From assembly GCA_022605425.2 (NCBI GenBank), contig CM061247.1, positions 248,001 to 312,000 of the forward strand: a DNA stretch of 64,000 nt, read 5' to 3'. This stretch comes from Hamiltosporidium tvaerminnensis FI-OER-3-3. Taxonomy: Eukaryota; Fungi; Microsporidia. Below are positions 1 to 12,400 of this stretch, one piece after another; position 1 is the stretch's first letter, and every line of letters starts with the position of its first letter. The notes below the pieces were generated by a model that was not told the origin of the DNA, did no database searches, and worked only from the letters and a program-made list of their open reading frames with translations. Position numbers and translations under genes: made by a program.

Positions 1-2049
1 TGATAAATATTAAACTCAGTTAGGCAATTAAATAGTTTGAATTTTAACTTCTAAGAGTTAAAAGATATCTAGAACAAGCATTCAGGAGCTTCGGAAGTTA
101 TAAGTTAGGTTTATAATTATAATATTTATAAAGCTTTACAATTTTAATGATCGTAAACCTATATAGAAGTTTATTTTCAATTTCTTTAAAATTCCAAAAC
201 CGTTAATTAAGTATAGAAAAAAGTTGATATTTTCAGAATAAAAAGTAATTGAAAATAGATACCGCCTTGAGCATTCACACAAATATGATCAAAAATTGAA
301 TCAGGAAACCTTTTTTATAAAAAATTTTATTTTAGGGACTATAATGTGCAAGTTTAAAAATCCAAAAAATGAATTTTTACACCAAATCAAAATTCTTCTT
401 TTATTCATTATGGTATTGACTCCAAAAAAGAGAAAAAATACGAATACACGTATAAATTTCTATTATTTTGAATCCCATTAAGTTTATCAGCTTCCTATAG
501 AAACAATATATGTTTCTTGAATTAAATTATGAGTTTCTAGATAATGGATAATAGTAATACACAGATAAAGCTTAAAATTGATTATAAATAGTAGAATTTC
601 CATCTTTTATCATAAATTTAATATTCAAGGTTTAATATGTACAAAACAACTAGATATTTTAAAATTTACGGTTTAAACAGGAAATAACATTTTTTGACAT
701 CAAATTCAAAATTATTGGATTTAATTTGCTAAAAAGATATGTTTTTTGTAAAATAACACAATGGAATGATTTTATACTTGCATATAATGATTTCAAATTT
801 TATATTACTTGGAAGTTTATGTGTATTTATATACAATAGATCATACTAAGCAGCATTCGTCTATCATTTTAGTCCCTTTTTAAGTTTTTTTGTTCAGTAT
901 TTCGCAATTTTTCTACCGCTAGCAAATATTTAGATATATAGACATGCTTAAGCACGTTTTAAGAATATTATAGAAGTTAGAAATGCATCAATCTAAATAA
1001 TTTTTTTTATATTTCGGTATTAGTGAAAAATCGGATATAAATAGAATTTCGAGAAGTGTGTGACTTTTATAGTTTGAGTGTTTACCATAAAGGCATTTTT
1101 GTGTTTTAATGCATGCTAATTTTTTTAGAACATCGAAACCGATTTCCTATAATAGCAAATTAAATATTTCAAATAATACAAACATTTTAGAAGCCTAAAT
1201 TGTTGTGACTCTCGTGTTTAATTTATATTTAAATGCAAAATACACTTCTTTTATGTCTATATTCTCACAATCATCTTCATTTTAATTTATAGCTCAGAAA
1301 TGAATCGAAAATGACTTCTAAATTTTAATATATAAATAAATAATTTAATTTTAGATTTTAATATTTATATATGATTAAACTTACTAGATTTTGCTTAAAT
1401 TTGTCAACATTTAAATTAAAAAAAATTGATCTTGATGGTTGGCTAAGTGATATTAATAGCTTGAAGTTAATAATTTTTCTTTCATCAAATTAAAAAATTT
1501 ATTACTCTGTTCTGTGCCTTATATAAAAAAAACAGATTAGCATTCCATAAATTTTAAATTATACCTGAGCCATAAAGGAAAGGTAGTAACTTTTTAAAAA
1601 ATATATTTCAATTTTTTAAGCTACTGCATTACAAATTTCTTAAGAAAAAAAATATGTACCAATTGCAAATATAATGAAGTATTGTATTTTAATTTACGCA
1701 TATATTATACTTTTGCGTGAAGCTGAAACCTCTAACCTATAAAAATAAAATTTTCTTTGGAATGCCTATTACTTAGCGAAGTTATGATTCATCATTGGAT
1801 TGAGTTCCATTCGTAGGAAAGGAGCGAGCTATTAAATAAACAAATAAACATATTATACAAAATATAATACTTAAGGATGTTAACAATCAAATTCCTAAAG
1901 GTAAATATCCTCTCGAAAAAAACTAAATACTAATTAAAGTAATTCAATATAAATTTTGGTTAAAAAGGTTTTTTATTAGAATAGTTGATCTCATAAGAAG
2001 TCTATTTTTTATTAAAGCAAAATTACTTTAATATAAATATACAATAAAT

Positions 2050-5000
2050 ATTTGGATTGGTAGAAGAAAAAAATTTGACAGCGAAAATATAAAAAATGAA
2101 GAAATAAAAGCTTTAAACAACTCGGAAATTAGTTTAAAAGAGACGAAAACGTGTGAAGGAGATTTAATGACTATATTAGAGACAAATACCACAATCGACC
2201 ATCCATAAAAACACCCACTCCCCGTCGAGCAATACTTTTCAGGTTACTCAGTTCTGCCTGCTCGATTCCACACTCCCGTCTTCTTGTTCCGATTCGCCTG
2301 CGTGAAACCAACCAACGGCATGACAAACCTCAGTACAGATGCCATTCTAAAGGAAATCGACTGATGGTATTGCATTCAATACTTGACTCTGTCACCGCCG
2401 TAGAGCAGGAATGGCCAGGATCTGCTATGTCAGCGGTGCAAAAAAGGTTTGAGAGAATGCCTAGAAAAGGCTGGTCTGCAATTATTAGGTACTATAATGG
2501 AAACTTGTCGAACTTTTGATATCGATGTGTTAAAAAAATTAACACATAATGAGGGAGAAAGGGAAATAAGGCAAGAAGAGAATGGAGAGCGACGTAGAAT
2601 TGCCACTTGTCTCGCCGAGCCATGTTCCTTAACCGACACTACACTCTATATGAACCTGAGAGAAAGTTCTCGTGTAAAATCAAGGAACTCTCTGAGAAGG
2701 AAATCGGAGATGTAGTGGTCCAAACTAGAAAACTTCCAAGGGAATTGGTTGATAATAAAGTTTTGGAACTCATAAATCGGATCACATGTGAATATGCTGA
2801 AGTTATTGATTCTAAGAATCTTAGTGATGCAGCTCGCATCATCCAGGCGGCCAAGGTATGCTATGACGAGGAAACGCGTAAGGAGAAGCCTAGATCTGCT
2901 TGCAAGGAAACATAGAAAGTAAAATTTCTAAGCTATTACTTTCCAAAGATCTCCTCGAGAAGGCTCGTAAACTGGAAAAGCTCTCTACTTCGGAAACGAA
3001 AAGTCTCAGAAAAATTATGCGAGAGTTTAATTTAGACTTAAGCAAAATAAATGATCTCTCTGAGGCTTTGGTTAGAATAATTAGCTTTGAATGTGTACAA
3101 GAAAAAAATTACGATGTATGAAAGTAGGAGGAAATTTCGAAAAGAGAATCGTATGTTTGAGTTATTCCGAGGTCGATTCTACAGAGAGCTATCTGAGCGC
3201 GTTGAATCTAAGCATGTAGTTTATAGTGACGAAATTTCGGAATTTTGGTCTACAATGTGGAACAAAAATGATAAAGTAGTTACATATGATGAGTATTTGA
3301 TACCCTTCGTGTCAGATACGCAACAGACCACGTTTCTTTCACTTAAAGAGTTTATAGATATTATCAATTGGCTGCCTAACTGGAAAGCCTCTGGAATTAA
3401 TGGTATTTATAACTTTTACACCAATAAACTTACGTGCCTTCATAAATATCTTTACGATATTAAGAAAGTCAAATGTTTGGAAGGAACACCTCAAGCCGAT
3501 TGGTATTATTGTGGACTTACTTATCTGATACCTAAAGGTACACCAAAGACTGGCTCTGATTACAGGCCAATAACTTGTATGTCAAACCTGTATAAACTGA
3601 CTACAAAATGTGTCACTAAAGTGGTTCAGGTTGAGGTGGAAAGGCGAGGATTGCTTGCAGAGAACCAATTAGGGGCAGTAAGAGGTGTGCAAGGAGCGAA
3701 AGAGCAGGCTCCAATGAATATTGCCTTAAATAAAGAGTATGGAAACAATCTTAAGGCAACATGTATTGATGTAAAAACAGCTTATGATTCATTAGATCAT
3801 GCTTATTTGACTCAATGCATTAAAAACCTTAATTTATCTAATTGGATCCTGAAATTTATTAAGGTAACTATATCAAAATGGAAAATTGATATATCAGTAG
3901 GGCCTGGAAAAATCATGAGCAAGAAGATTGATAGAGGGATTCTGCAAGGAGATAGTTTGTAAATTTATGGTTTGTGTTGTGTATGAATCCATTGAGCCGA
4001 AAGCTTAATGAGAAATACACAAAAGTGACAATAAAGACAGATGCAGAATCCCACGAGACTAATCATCTCTTGTTTATTGATGATCTTAAGCTCTTTGCCG
4101 AAGATGAGCAAATATTGGAAGAAATGACGGAGGAGGTTAAAAAGTTTATGAATAACATAGTATTAGAAATTAACAAAGAGAAGCCAGCCAATAAGTATCC
4201 ATGTTATGAAGATACTGCTACTCTTCTCAAAATAAAAGGCATTTACAAAAAATTTTGAATAATAGAAGATAGCAGAGGAAGCTCAACAAGCAAGTCGTTT
4301 GAGGAAGTACAGATAAAACTGATAGCACGAGTAGAAAGACTTTGTCGCACGAGATTAAATTCAAGAAATATATTTCAAGCCATTAATCAACATGCAATTT
4401 CTTTACTAAACTATCATATAAGTGTACACCGACTAGAACCGGCTGACTTCTCTAAGTTAGATGATGCGGTGCGTGCAGTGCTAGTAAAGAACAAAATATA
4501 TCTACGCCCAGGCTGTAAAGAGAGTCTAAACCTTCCACGTAAAGAACTTGGAAGAGGTTTAGATAGTGTCGAGTTCAAAAGCGAACAATGTTTTTGCAAC
4601 TCTTGGATTGTCTGTAAAAACATAAATATACATCGACCAGAAGAGCAGCAATCCTAAAGGTTGAGAATAATAATAAAACTCACCTTTCACTAATTAAAAA
4701 GTTTTTAAAAATAAAATACGGGTTGGAAGAGGAAGTCACAAAAAAGAAATTGGAAGAAGCTGAACTAGCTAACCTATATAATGAAATCAAAAACCGAAAA
4801 CTACATTCAAAGTTATATAGCGCTAGAAATAACGAGCTGGTAATTGTAAATGACTCTTCAAGATGGTGAAAGAAAGGAAGTTTAAAACCACTTGATGGAG
4901 CAGTGGTCTGTTATATCCAGCATAGAAATGTATTCCGGGGTGCAGAAGGTATGGTTCAACACTGCAACCAGTCTAGGAAAACAGTAGATCACCTAGCAAC

Positions 5001-5790
5001 GAGATGTGAAAAAATGCTTGGTTATGACTATACTAGACTACACAATGAAGTGGTACGATGTATACATTTACTCTTGCTGAATAAATATAAGTTTAAGTCT
5101 TCGAAACGAATTAGAAGCCACTCAGTTCAAGAAATTCTTGATAACGAATATGCAGAGATAAGAGTGGACACCTGAATAAAAACTGATGTCAAGATTCGGT
5201 GTAACAGACCAGATTATTTATTTCAGACAAGAGACAAAATAGGATAACCCTCATTGAAGTAGGAATCACATCTCAAGACTCTCTTAAAGTAGTTGAAAGA
5301 GCGAAGCTTAGGAAATATGACCTATTAGCAAACAACTCAGGGCTTATTTATAAATCTAGTGTAGAGATAATTCCTTATGTGATGACCTGGGATGGTATTG
5401 TGACAAAATACCATAAGACGTATGTTAAGAGACTACAAATACCCATGAATATAGAGGCATCTATACGATCCATATTACTCAAGAAGACTGTCCAAACAAT
5501 TTCTTTTGATCGACGAAGAGGACTTGAGTCTGGACTAAATGCCTAAGAGAGCTGAGAGAGCATCATTAAGTGTTATTTTAGGAGCTGCGATGCATAAACA
5601 ACCAACACCCCTTTTAAAGCAATTAGACAACGAGGAAGATGTGTTAAAACGGAAAATACAAAAAATATTCTACCCCTTATTTTAGATGGCATAACCACAT
5701 CAAAGGAACCAAAAACTAATGCAAATAAAGAGTTTGAGTTGGAGGAAGAGAAAGAAGTAGTTGAAATGGTGGAAATAATTATTTAAAAGA
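2050..5790 (+). mobile_element. Decayed RLE-type non-LTR retrotransposon (R4/Dong-like)
   Basis: Frameshifted ORF pieces carry RT motifs PNWKASG, YRPITC, GILQGDSL and LLFIDDLKLF. These are followed by a zinc knuckle (QHCNQSRKTVDHLATRC), the RHN-like motif RLHNEVV and an RPD..ITLIEVGI restriction-like endonuclease motif (~5200-5270). Boundaries are approximate. Confidence 0.88.
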
Positions 5791-6239
5791 GAAAAATTTG
5801 TTAACCCAGAATTCTATTAAATAAATTTAAATTTAAATTTAAAGTTTCAAGCCATCTAATCTAGTCTCTAAATTCGATACAAAAAACATTTCTGATTTAT
5901 GAATCTTTCAAATTATTAGTATTGATGATCGTTTAACAAAATATTTGGTAAATAAACTCAAAAAATCGAATTGTACAAAGAATAAAAAAAATAATATTGT
6001 AAAATATAAATAAAATAGTAATAAATGGTTTATGGTGATGATTCTCCAAAATTAACCTAATTATATACAATCTGTCTTAAAAATTTAGATATAACTATAC
6101 TTGAAGCTAGGATTTATTTTTTGAGCAAAAATATTAAATCTTTAAAATGGCTTAACATTTTTAGTTTTAAACAAATAAGAACTTAAAATTGAGAAATTCT
6201 TAAAAATAAAAGATTAAACTATCAAAAACTGATGTCAAA

Positions 6240-6780
6240 ATGGAAATTATTGATTCTTTTTTTATAGATTATAGAATCTATGGGATAGGCTTATCATTGT
6301 AACAATTCGTTATTAGGACTCACATTGATTTTTTAAAAAATAATACCTTCGGGGAAATATCTATTTAAGATACTAAGACCTCGTTTAATGATTCGACTGT
6401 AAGTATTTTATAGACAATAAATATAGTTTCTCACCAAATATAGAAAATATAATTTCAAAAAACCTTGGTATCATTGATAATAAATGAATATGGAATATAA
6501 TACTCTAAAACCCACTGGAAATCCTTATTTTGATCGAGGAATGATAAATGAATAGAATGCTGATTAATTATAGAAAACTGAATCCTAAGGTATGATGAAA
6601 CAATAAAGATTCTTGATCATCTTAACTCTCGAGACATATATACAATTAAAAAATGATTTTGTAGAAACAAAAGCCAAGACAAAGAATTCACAGTCTCAGA
6701 TAAAATTTGAAGAGAGAAAATATAGTATATAAAGATCGCATCTGAATGAACAATAAAAAAACTTTGAAGAATGAGGCTAA
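6240..6780 (+). mobile_element. Possible highly degenerate LTR-retrotransposon integrase relic
   Basis: Only a faint resemblance to the integrase core (TGNPYFDRGMINE, similar to SPYHPQSNGMVER), with many stop codons. Confidence 0.2.
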
Positions 6781-7146
6781 TAAAAGAATCCAAATATAAT
6801 TAAAAATAAATCAGAGAAAAAATTAAATTTTAAAATTCTAAAGCTCCTAAATTAGTATTAAATTTATTTTTGAATAGAACAAACTTTTTAATCACTCGTA
6901 TTATAGAACTATATTAAACCATTTGATTTTTTACATAAATATAAATATATAAGGATTTAAAATATAAAACGTAATTTGGAAATTTAAAATTAGTGAGATG
7001 GAATCTTTTTCCCATAATTTGGTTAAAAAGAAAAGGCTCAGATAAATTTTTAAAGCAGTATGTTCTGAAAAAAAATATTTTGGTAAATGAAGTATTATAT
7101 AAAAAATTTAAAGGCACTTTTTAATGTTAAAACACTTGATTCATTT

Positions 7147-7737
7147 TTAAGGTGACTCTTCTCTTTTATCTTTATGAACTATTTCACACGTAGCAGAAGG
7201 TTTTTCGCATTTTTTAGCACCATTTTTAGTATCTGGATTGCTCTTTTTCGGTGGATAACTAAACATCTTCTTTAATTTTTCGTGTTCTCCATCCAATTCA
7301 TCTTTTCTTTTACCTTGTTCATCCAATTCATCTTTTCTTTTACCTTGTTCATCCAATTCATCTTTTCTTTTACTTTTTCCATCCAATTCATCTTTTCTTT
7401 TACCTTTTTCATCCAATTCATCTTTTCTTTTACTTTTTCCATCCAATTCATCTTTTCTTTTACCTTTTTCATCCAATTCATCTTTTCTTTTACTTTTTCC
7501 ATCCAATTCATCATATCCACTTGCATTATCATCATTAAATCCATCCCTTTGCAGTGCTTCTAATGTTTTCCGAAGGTAAAACTTTAAGCAATATTTCGAA
7601 AGGTTACTATTTAATAAAATATTGCTATTTTCATCAGACGATGTATCTTCATTTCCTTCCATTGTACAAAAAACGTAAATGGCATTTTTTTGAATCATAA
7701 ATAATATATTGAAAAAACAAAGGACTGATAACTTCAT
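7147..7737 (-). CDS. Secreted protein with 10-aa tandem repeats (KRKDELDxxx)
   Basis: 196-aa ATG ORF with a hydrophobic N-terminus (MKLSVLCFFNILFMIQKNAIYVFC) and 7 repeats of KRKDELD(GKS/EKG/EQG/GEH). Confidence 0.75.
   Translation of the reverse strand: MKLSVLCFFNILFMIQKNAIYVFCTMEGNEDTSSDENSNILLNSNLSKYCLKFYLRKTLEALQRDGFNDDNASGYDELDGKSKRKDELDEKGKRKDELDGKSKRKDELDEKGKRKDELDGKSKRKDELDEQGKRKDELDEQGKRKDELDGEHEKLKKMFSYPPKKSNPDTKNGAKKCEKPSATCEIVHKDKREESP
7291..7512. repeat. 30-bp coding minisatellite, ~7.4 units
   Basis: Unit atccaattcatcttttcttttac(cttgttc/tttttcc/ctttttc), with partial 60-bp higher-order alternation. Confidence 0.95.
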
Positions 7738-8639
7738 ACATATGAAAATCGTGCTATATTTAAAGATTTATTTGATAAATTAAAATTCCGTAAATTGAGT
7801 AAAATATTCTAAACGTTACTATTTCGAATACTTAATTGAGGATATTTCAAAAATATGTTTTAATGAAATATGTTTTTTGATTAATATAATATTAATATAT
7901 TAAATTAAACCACCAATCTAGAATTACTTTGTAGGCAAAATTCTTAACAAAAAATATGCTAAAATTAAATTTGTTTCTGATTAAGTAATATTAATTAATT
8001 TATTAATAAAAACAATTATATTTTTTAACGTAAAACTTTGATTTAAAAAATATATTGAATCAAATAATATATCATTTCGATCAAAGTATTAATTAATTAA
8101 GCGCTTTATCATTTATTAAAAAAAACAATTATACTTATATTTTGTAAAATTACTCTTCTAAAATATTTCGAATTATTAAAATTATAAAAGAAAATTAAAG
8201 GATTCACTTAATTTGAAATAAGGTTTTTTTCAGATTAGATGCTGGAACAATATTTATTGAATTAAATATGCAATATAACCTTATAATTCTAACTCATATT
8301 CTAATTATGTTTTTGAAGATTTTAAAATATCAAGAAACTTAAAATATAATTTTTCATCTTTACAGCAATGTTTTTTTGTTCTAATTTGAAGGCTTTTATA
8401 AAAAGTCATTTTTCTAGTTTTTGAATGGTTTACTATTCTTTTGCCTATCAAACTGACTGTTTCTCTGCATTCAAATCCTATTTTATATTTTGAGTGGTCG
8501 TATCATTTATGGTCTTTTTATTACCGATTAAGATTAAATATTTTGCATCTTTATTATAATACCATTCTATTTTATCGAAGTGCCTTTTTGGTATAATCTG
8601 TTTATATATTTAATCACATTTAATATGATAATTGTAAGG

Positions 8640-9580
8640 CTTGATCTTTTTACTCTCATGGTATCAACTTTAATATTTTGAACTAAATATGACCTAGGAT
8701 GTAAAATATCTAAATTCTATTAAATCGGAGTTTTTTAACAGACTCATCTTACGGCATTCTGAAATAATATCATTCAAATTTTTCAAATACGAAATAATCT
8801 CGGTTTCAAATATAAGTAAAACTTTATTATGTCTTGCAAAAAAATTTTATTTTTAAATTTAACTTTTATATTTAGCTTCAACGATTTAATATAAAGTAAT
8901 TTAAACATTGGTGAGTGTAATCTCTTATTTAATTTTTAAATATAATCAAAACCAGATGTGAAGATTTTCAAATAATTCAAATTTTTTGACTGGTGTCTAC
9001 TCTTATATTTTTATATTTATTTTCAGCAAATGTTGAAAAAATTGACTTAAATTTCGTTTTATTGAACAATTTTCTAATAAGTAAAAAAGTTAATGCCTAT
9101 AACCAATTAAAATACAAGAAATTACGTGTTGTAATGCTCAAGCATTTTTTCACATCGAGTCGCTAAATGATCTACTGTTTTACCAGACTTATTGCAGCAT
9201 TGACACATGTTTTTACCACCCCATAATACCTTAATCGCCTAGAGATACCATACTTTACCTTTTCGCTGATCCTATACTCATTTTTTTAGTTCCGCTGTAT
9301 ATATCCAAAGTATTAATTAGTTCGTTATTTCAGTTTTGTGTAACCTTGAATTGTGTATCGTTTTTCCATTTTGTCATTTAAAATAAACACAAATCTTGCT
9401 TTTCACGGTAAAAATAATTTAAAATTTTGCTCAATTTTGATTTCTTCACTTCTTTCACCTAAAAACTTTTTGATTATTGTTAAAACTTGGTATTAAGTTT
9501 ATAGTAACAAATATTTCACTTCTTCTCAATTTGTATAATAGAACATAATACATCTTAATTGAATCCTTAGTTTGCTTCTA
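8640..9580 (-). mobile_element. Second, older 3' fragment of an R4/Dong-like retrotransposon
   Basis: The minus strand reads MCQCCNKSGKTVDHLATRCEK (~9145-9210) and IRVDT (ataagagtagacacc, ~8992-9006), collinear with 4780-5500 of the first element. Confidence 0.7.
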
Positions 9581-10204
9581 ATTCTAAAAAATATAATTTT
9601 TATGCAGAACTATTTAGTCAAAATATTTAAGGAATGAAATATCATTGAGGTTTATATGCAATTTTTATTCTTTAAAAACTTGGTTATCGAAATATTTTAA
9701 GAAAAAATTAAAATCAAATAATTTCAAATTATAATTTTAGATTTATAAATAAAATTAAATTAATTTTTAAAAAGATTTTTGTTAAAAATTTGAGAGAAAA
9801 GAAGGTGTTATAATAAAGAAAACAGACTGAAAATATAATAACCAAGTAATAGAGCATCATTGATTATTTTAAAAGTTTTTTTAATATTTACTTTAAAGTT
9901 TACATAAATATATTAGTGGATTAAAAGTAATATAAATTAATAATACCTTTATTAATAGTTACTCTATTTAATAAAATATTAAATAATAAAAGGAACCATT
10001 CTATTTTATTTATATTGTGTTAAAATCTATAATTTTCTCACTGTGCTGTCTTCTTTTTAAAAATAGTCAATGACGTTTTATTACGATAAAAATTTAATCG
10101 AATTTTTAAAAAGATGGAAGTTCTAAATATGAATCTTATTACATTTTTAATTAAAAAAATATATTGCTTTCTATTTCGAGACAAAAAAATATATTTAATT
10201 ATGA

Positions 10205-10402
10205 GAAAATAGAAAGCGAATTTATCAAGTCAATTATAGTATTGATTATTATTTAAAGGAAGAAAAACAAATATAATTATATGAAAATAGAAAGCGAATT
10301 TATCAAGTCAATTATAGTATTGATTATTATTTTTCCACAAGAAAATTAAATCAAGGCAAAAAAGAAGAAGATAAATCTATCAAGTCAATTATAGTATTTG
10401 AT
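10205..10402. repeat. Direct repeat upstream of HMG-CoA synthase
   Basis: The 50-bp unit gaaaatagaaagcgaatttatcaagtcaattatagtattgattattattt occurs at 10205-10254 and 10283-10332, with a partial third copy at 10378-10402. Confidence 0.85.
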
Positions 10403-10628
10403 AGATTAAAACAGGCGAAGTTTTTTGATTTGTAAAATTTAATATTAAAATATCTAAAAAACATCTTTTGTAAACAGTATCTGATTTTGAAATATATTTC
10501 CTTTTGTTTTCGTCTAAATTTTTATTTGCTAATAAAATGTTGATTTAACGTTTTAGTATTTTTAATTTATCATTTTTAAATTTAATTTACTCTCGAAAAG
10601 ATATAAAAAAAGTTGGGATTTCTGACCC

Positions 10629-11759
10629 ATGACTTGGAATAAAGATTATTCGAATTTTGGAATTATCGGTATTGAATATCAGCTACCTTCTTTGGTTGTG
10701 GATGAGGTAGATTTAGCGAAGTATTTGAACTGGGAACCTGAGAAACTGACGATTGGTTTGGAATTATTGGAGTGTGGGACAGTTATCGATTGTGAAGATA
10801 GTATTTCTTTGGCATTGAGTGCTGTTGACAGACTGATGAAGAAATATAATATTGATGTTAATAGTGTGGGGAGAATAGATGTAGGTACTGAGAGTAATCA
10901 TGATAGTTCAAAGGCTTTTAAGACTTATTTGATGAATTTATTTCCTGGTAATAATTCAATTTGTGGTTTAGATACGACAAATGCGTGTTATGGAGGAACA
11001 GCTGCTTTTTTGAATGCTATTGCTTGGCTTGAATCATCTCTCTGGGATGGGAGATATGCTATAGTCGTTGCTACAGATGTAGCTCTATATAAAGATTTGC
11101 CACCATTGCCTACAACCGGAGCAGGAGCCGTTGCTATGCTTTTAGGCCCAAATGCTGCGTTGAAAATTAAACGCGGTACTTTGAGTCATCATTTTGCAAA
11201 TACCTTCGATTTTATGAAACCAAAAACTCTTTATCCACATTCATTTTTAGATGGAAAAACATCAGTACAAATATATCTTGAGGCCTTTCAGAAATGTTAC
11301 GAAAAATTGAATTCTTCGTATGATTATATGGTTTTTCATACTCCATATCCAAAACTTACAAAAAAAGCCGCTGTTCTTGTTGGTGCATCACCAGATAAAA
11401 TCGAAAAGTCTTTGGAAATTCCTAGAAGAAATGGAAACTCTTATACTGCTTCTGCTTATATGGCATTGGTTTCTTTACTCTCTAATAATATTGCAATTGG
11501 AGAAAAAATTCTTTTTTTCTCTCTTGGATCTGGGCTTGCTAGTTCACTATTTGTTCTGGAAAAATGTGGCGAGATTTCAACTGTTGATATTAAAGAAAGA
11601 CTTGATTTAAGGAAAAAAATAAGTCCTGAAGAACTGGTTCAAAGAACGAGTCGAATACCAGAGTTGGAAAATTTTGTACCAAGTGATACACCAATTTTTA
11701 GCGGTTGGTATTTAAAGGAAATCAATAACTATAAGAGAACATATTTCAAATATGAATAA
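10629..11759 (+). CDS. ERG13: Hydroxymethylglutaryl-CoA synthase
   Basis: Motifs GRIDVGTES, NACYGGT (catalytic Cys), TGAGAVAML, FHTPY and GNSYTAS. CCC lies immediately before the ATG. Confidence 0.97.
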   Translation: MTWNKDYSNFGIIGIEYQLPSLVVDEVDLAKYLNWEPEKLTIGLELLECGTVIDCEDSISLALSAVDRLMKKYNIDVNSVGRIDVGTESNHDSSKAFKTYLMNLFPGNNSICGLDTTNACYGGTAAFLNAIAWLESSLWDGRYAIVVATDVALYKDLPPLPTTGAGAVAMLLGPNAALKIKRGTLSHHFANTFDFMKPKTLYPHSFLDGKTSVQIYLEAFQKCYEKLNSSYDYMVFHTPYPKLTKKAAVLVGASPDKIEKSLEIPRRNGNSYTASAYMALVSLLSNNIAIGEKILFFSLGSGLASSLFVLEKCGEISTVDIKERLDLRKKISPEELVQRTSRIPELENFVPSDTPIFSGWYLKEINNYKRTYFKYE

Positions 11760-12400
11760 AGTTTTTTCTTTTAAAAAATTAAATTTTAATAATTTTCAGT
11801 TTATGCAATATTAATTAAAGTGGAGATATAGTAGATTTTTATGCATAAAATTTGACTATATTATTCAATTATTAAAAATTGATGTGGTTACAAAACACAT
11901 TAAATTAATGGAAATATATGCTTTTTTAACAGAAGACATTAATATATTTAATGTAAATAATAAAACTTGATATTCTTGCTCAGAAAAAACCTTTAAACAA
12001 TTCTAATGAATTTTGATTTAAAAATTTTTATTCTTTTCAAAAATCTCATAGTAAAAAATTTCAAATAGATTCTTAAAAATGTAAAAGCGCAAACAAAGAG
12101 ATTACTCGAAACACCCGAGGTAATTAAATGTCTATATACTTATCAATTCAGCAGAATGAGTAATTAGGTGTAAGCAAGTAATCATTAAAAATCAAATATA
12201 CTTATCTCAAATACAAATAATGGTTTACAATATATCTATTTAAAATCAAAAGAAACTAAATAAGAAAATTTGCAAATATATGAAATAATGTATTATTATA
12301 ACAAAAAATCCCAAGCCATACAATAATATAAATTTTATAAGTTAGAAAAAAATATTTTGAAACTAAGAATTTTACAAATAATATTTAATTTATTAAATAT

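Noticed and set aside
296-481. Short low-complexity ORFs here, and antisense ORFs overlapping real genes
   Set aside because: These are expected by chance in AT-rich DNA, mostly have non-ATG starts and show no motifs.
7291-7512. CRISPR-like appearance of the 30-bp array
   Set aside because: There are no unique spacers or cas genes. It is an in-frame coding minisatellite, and the overlapping ORFs 7272-7544 and 7282-7563 are its shadows.
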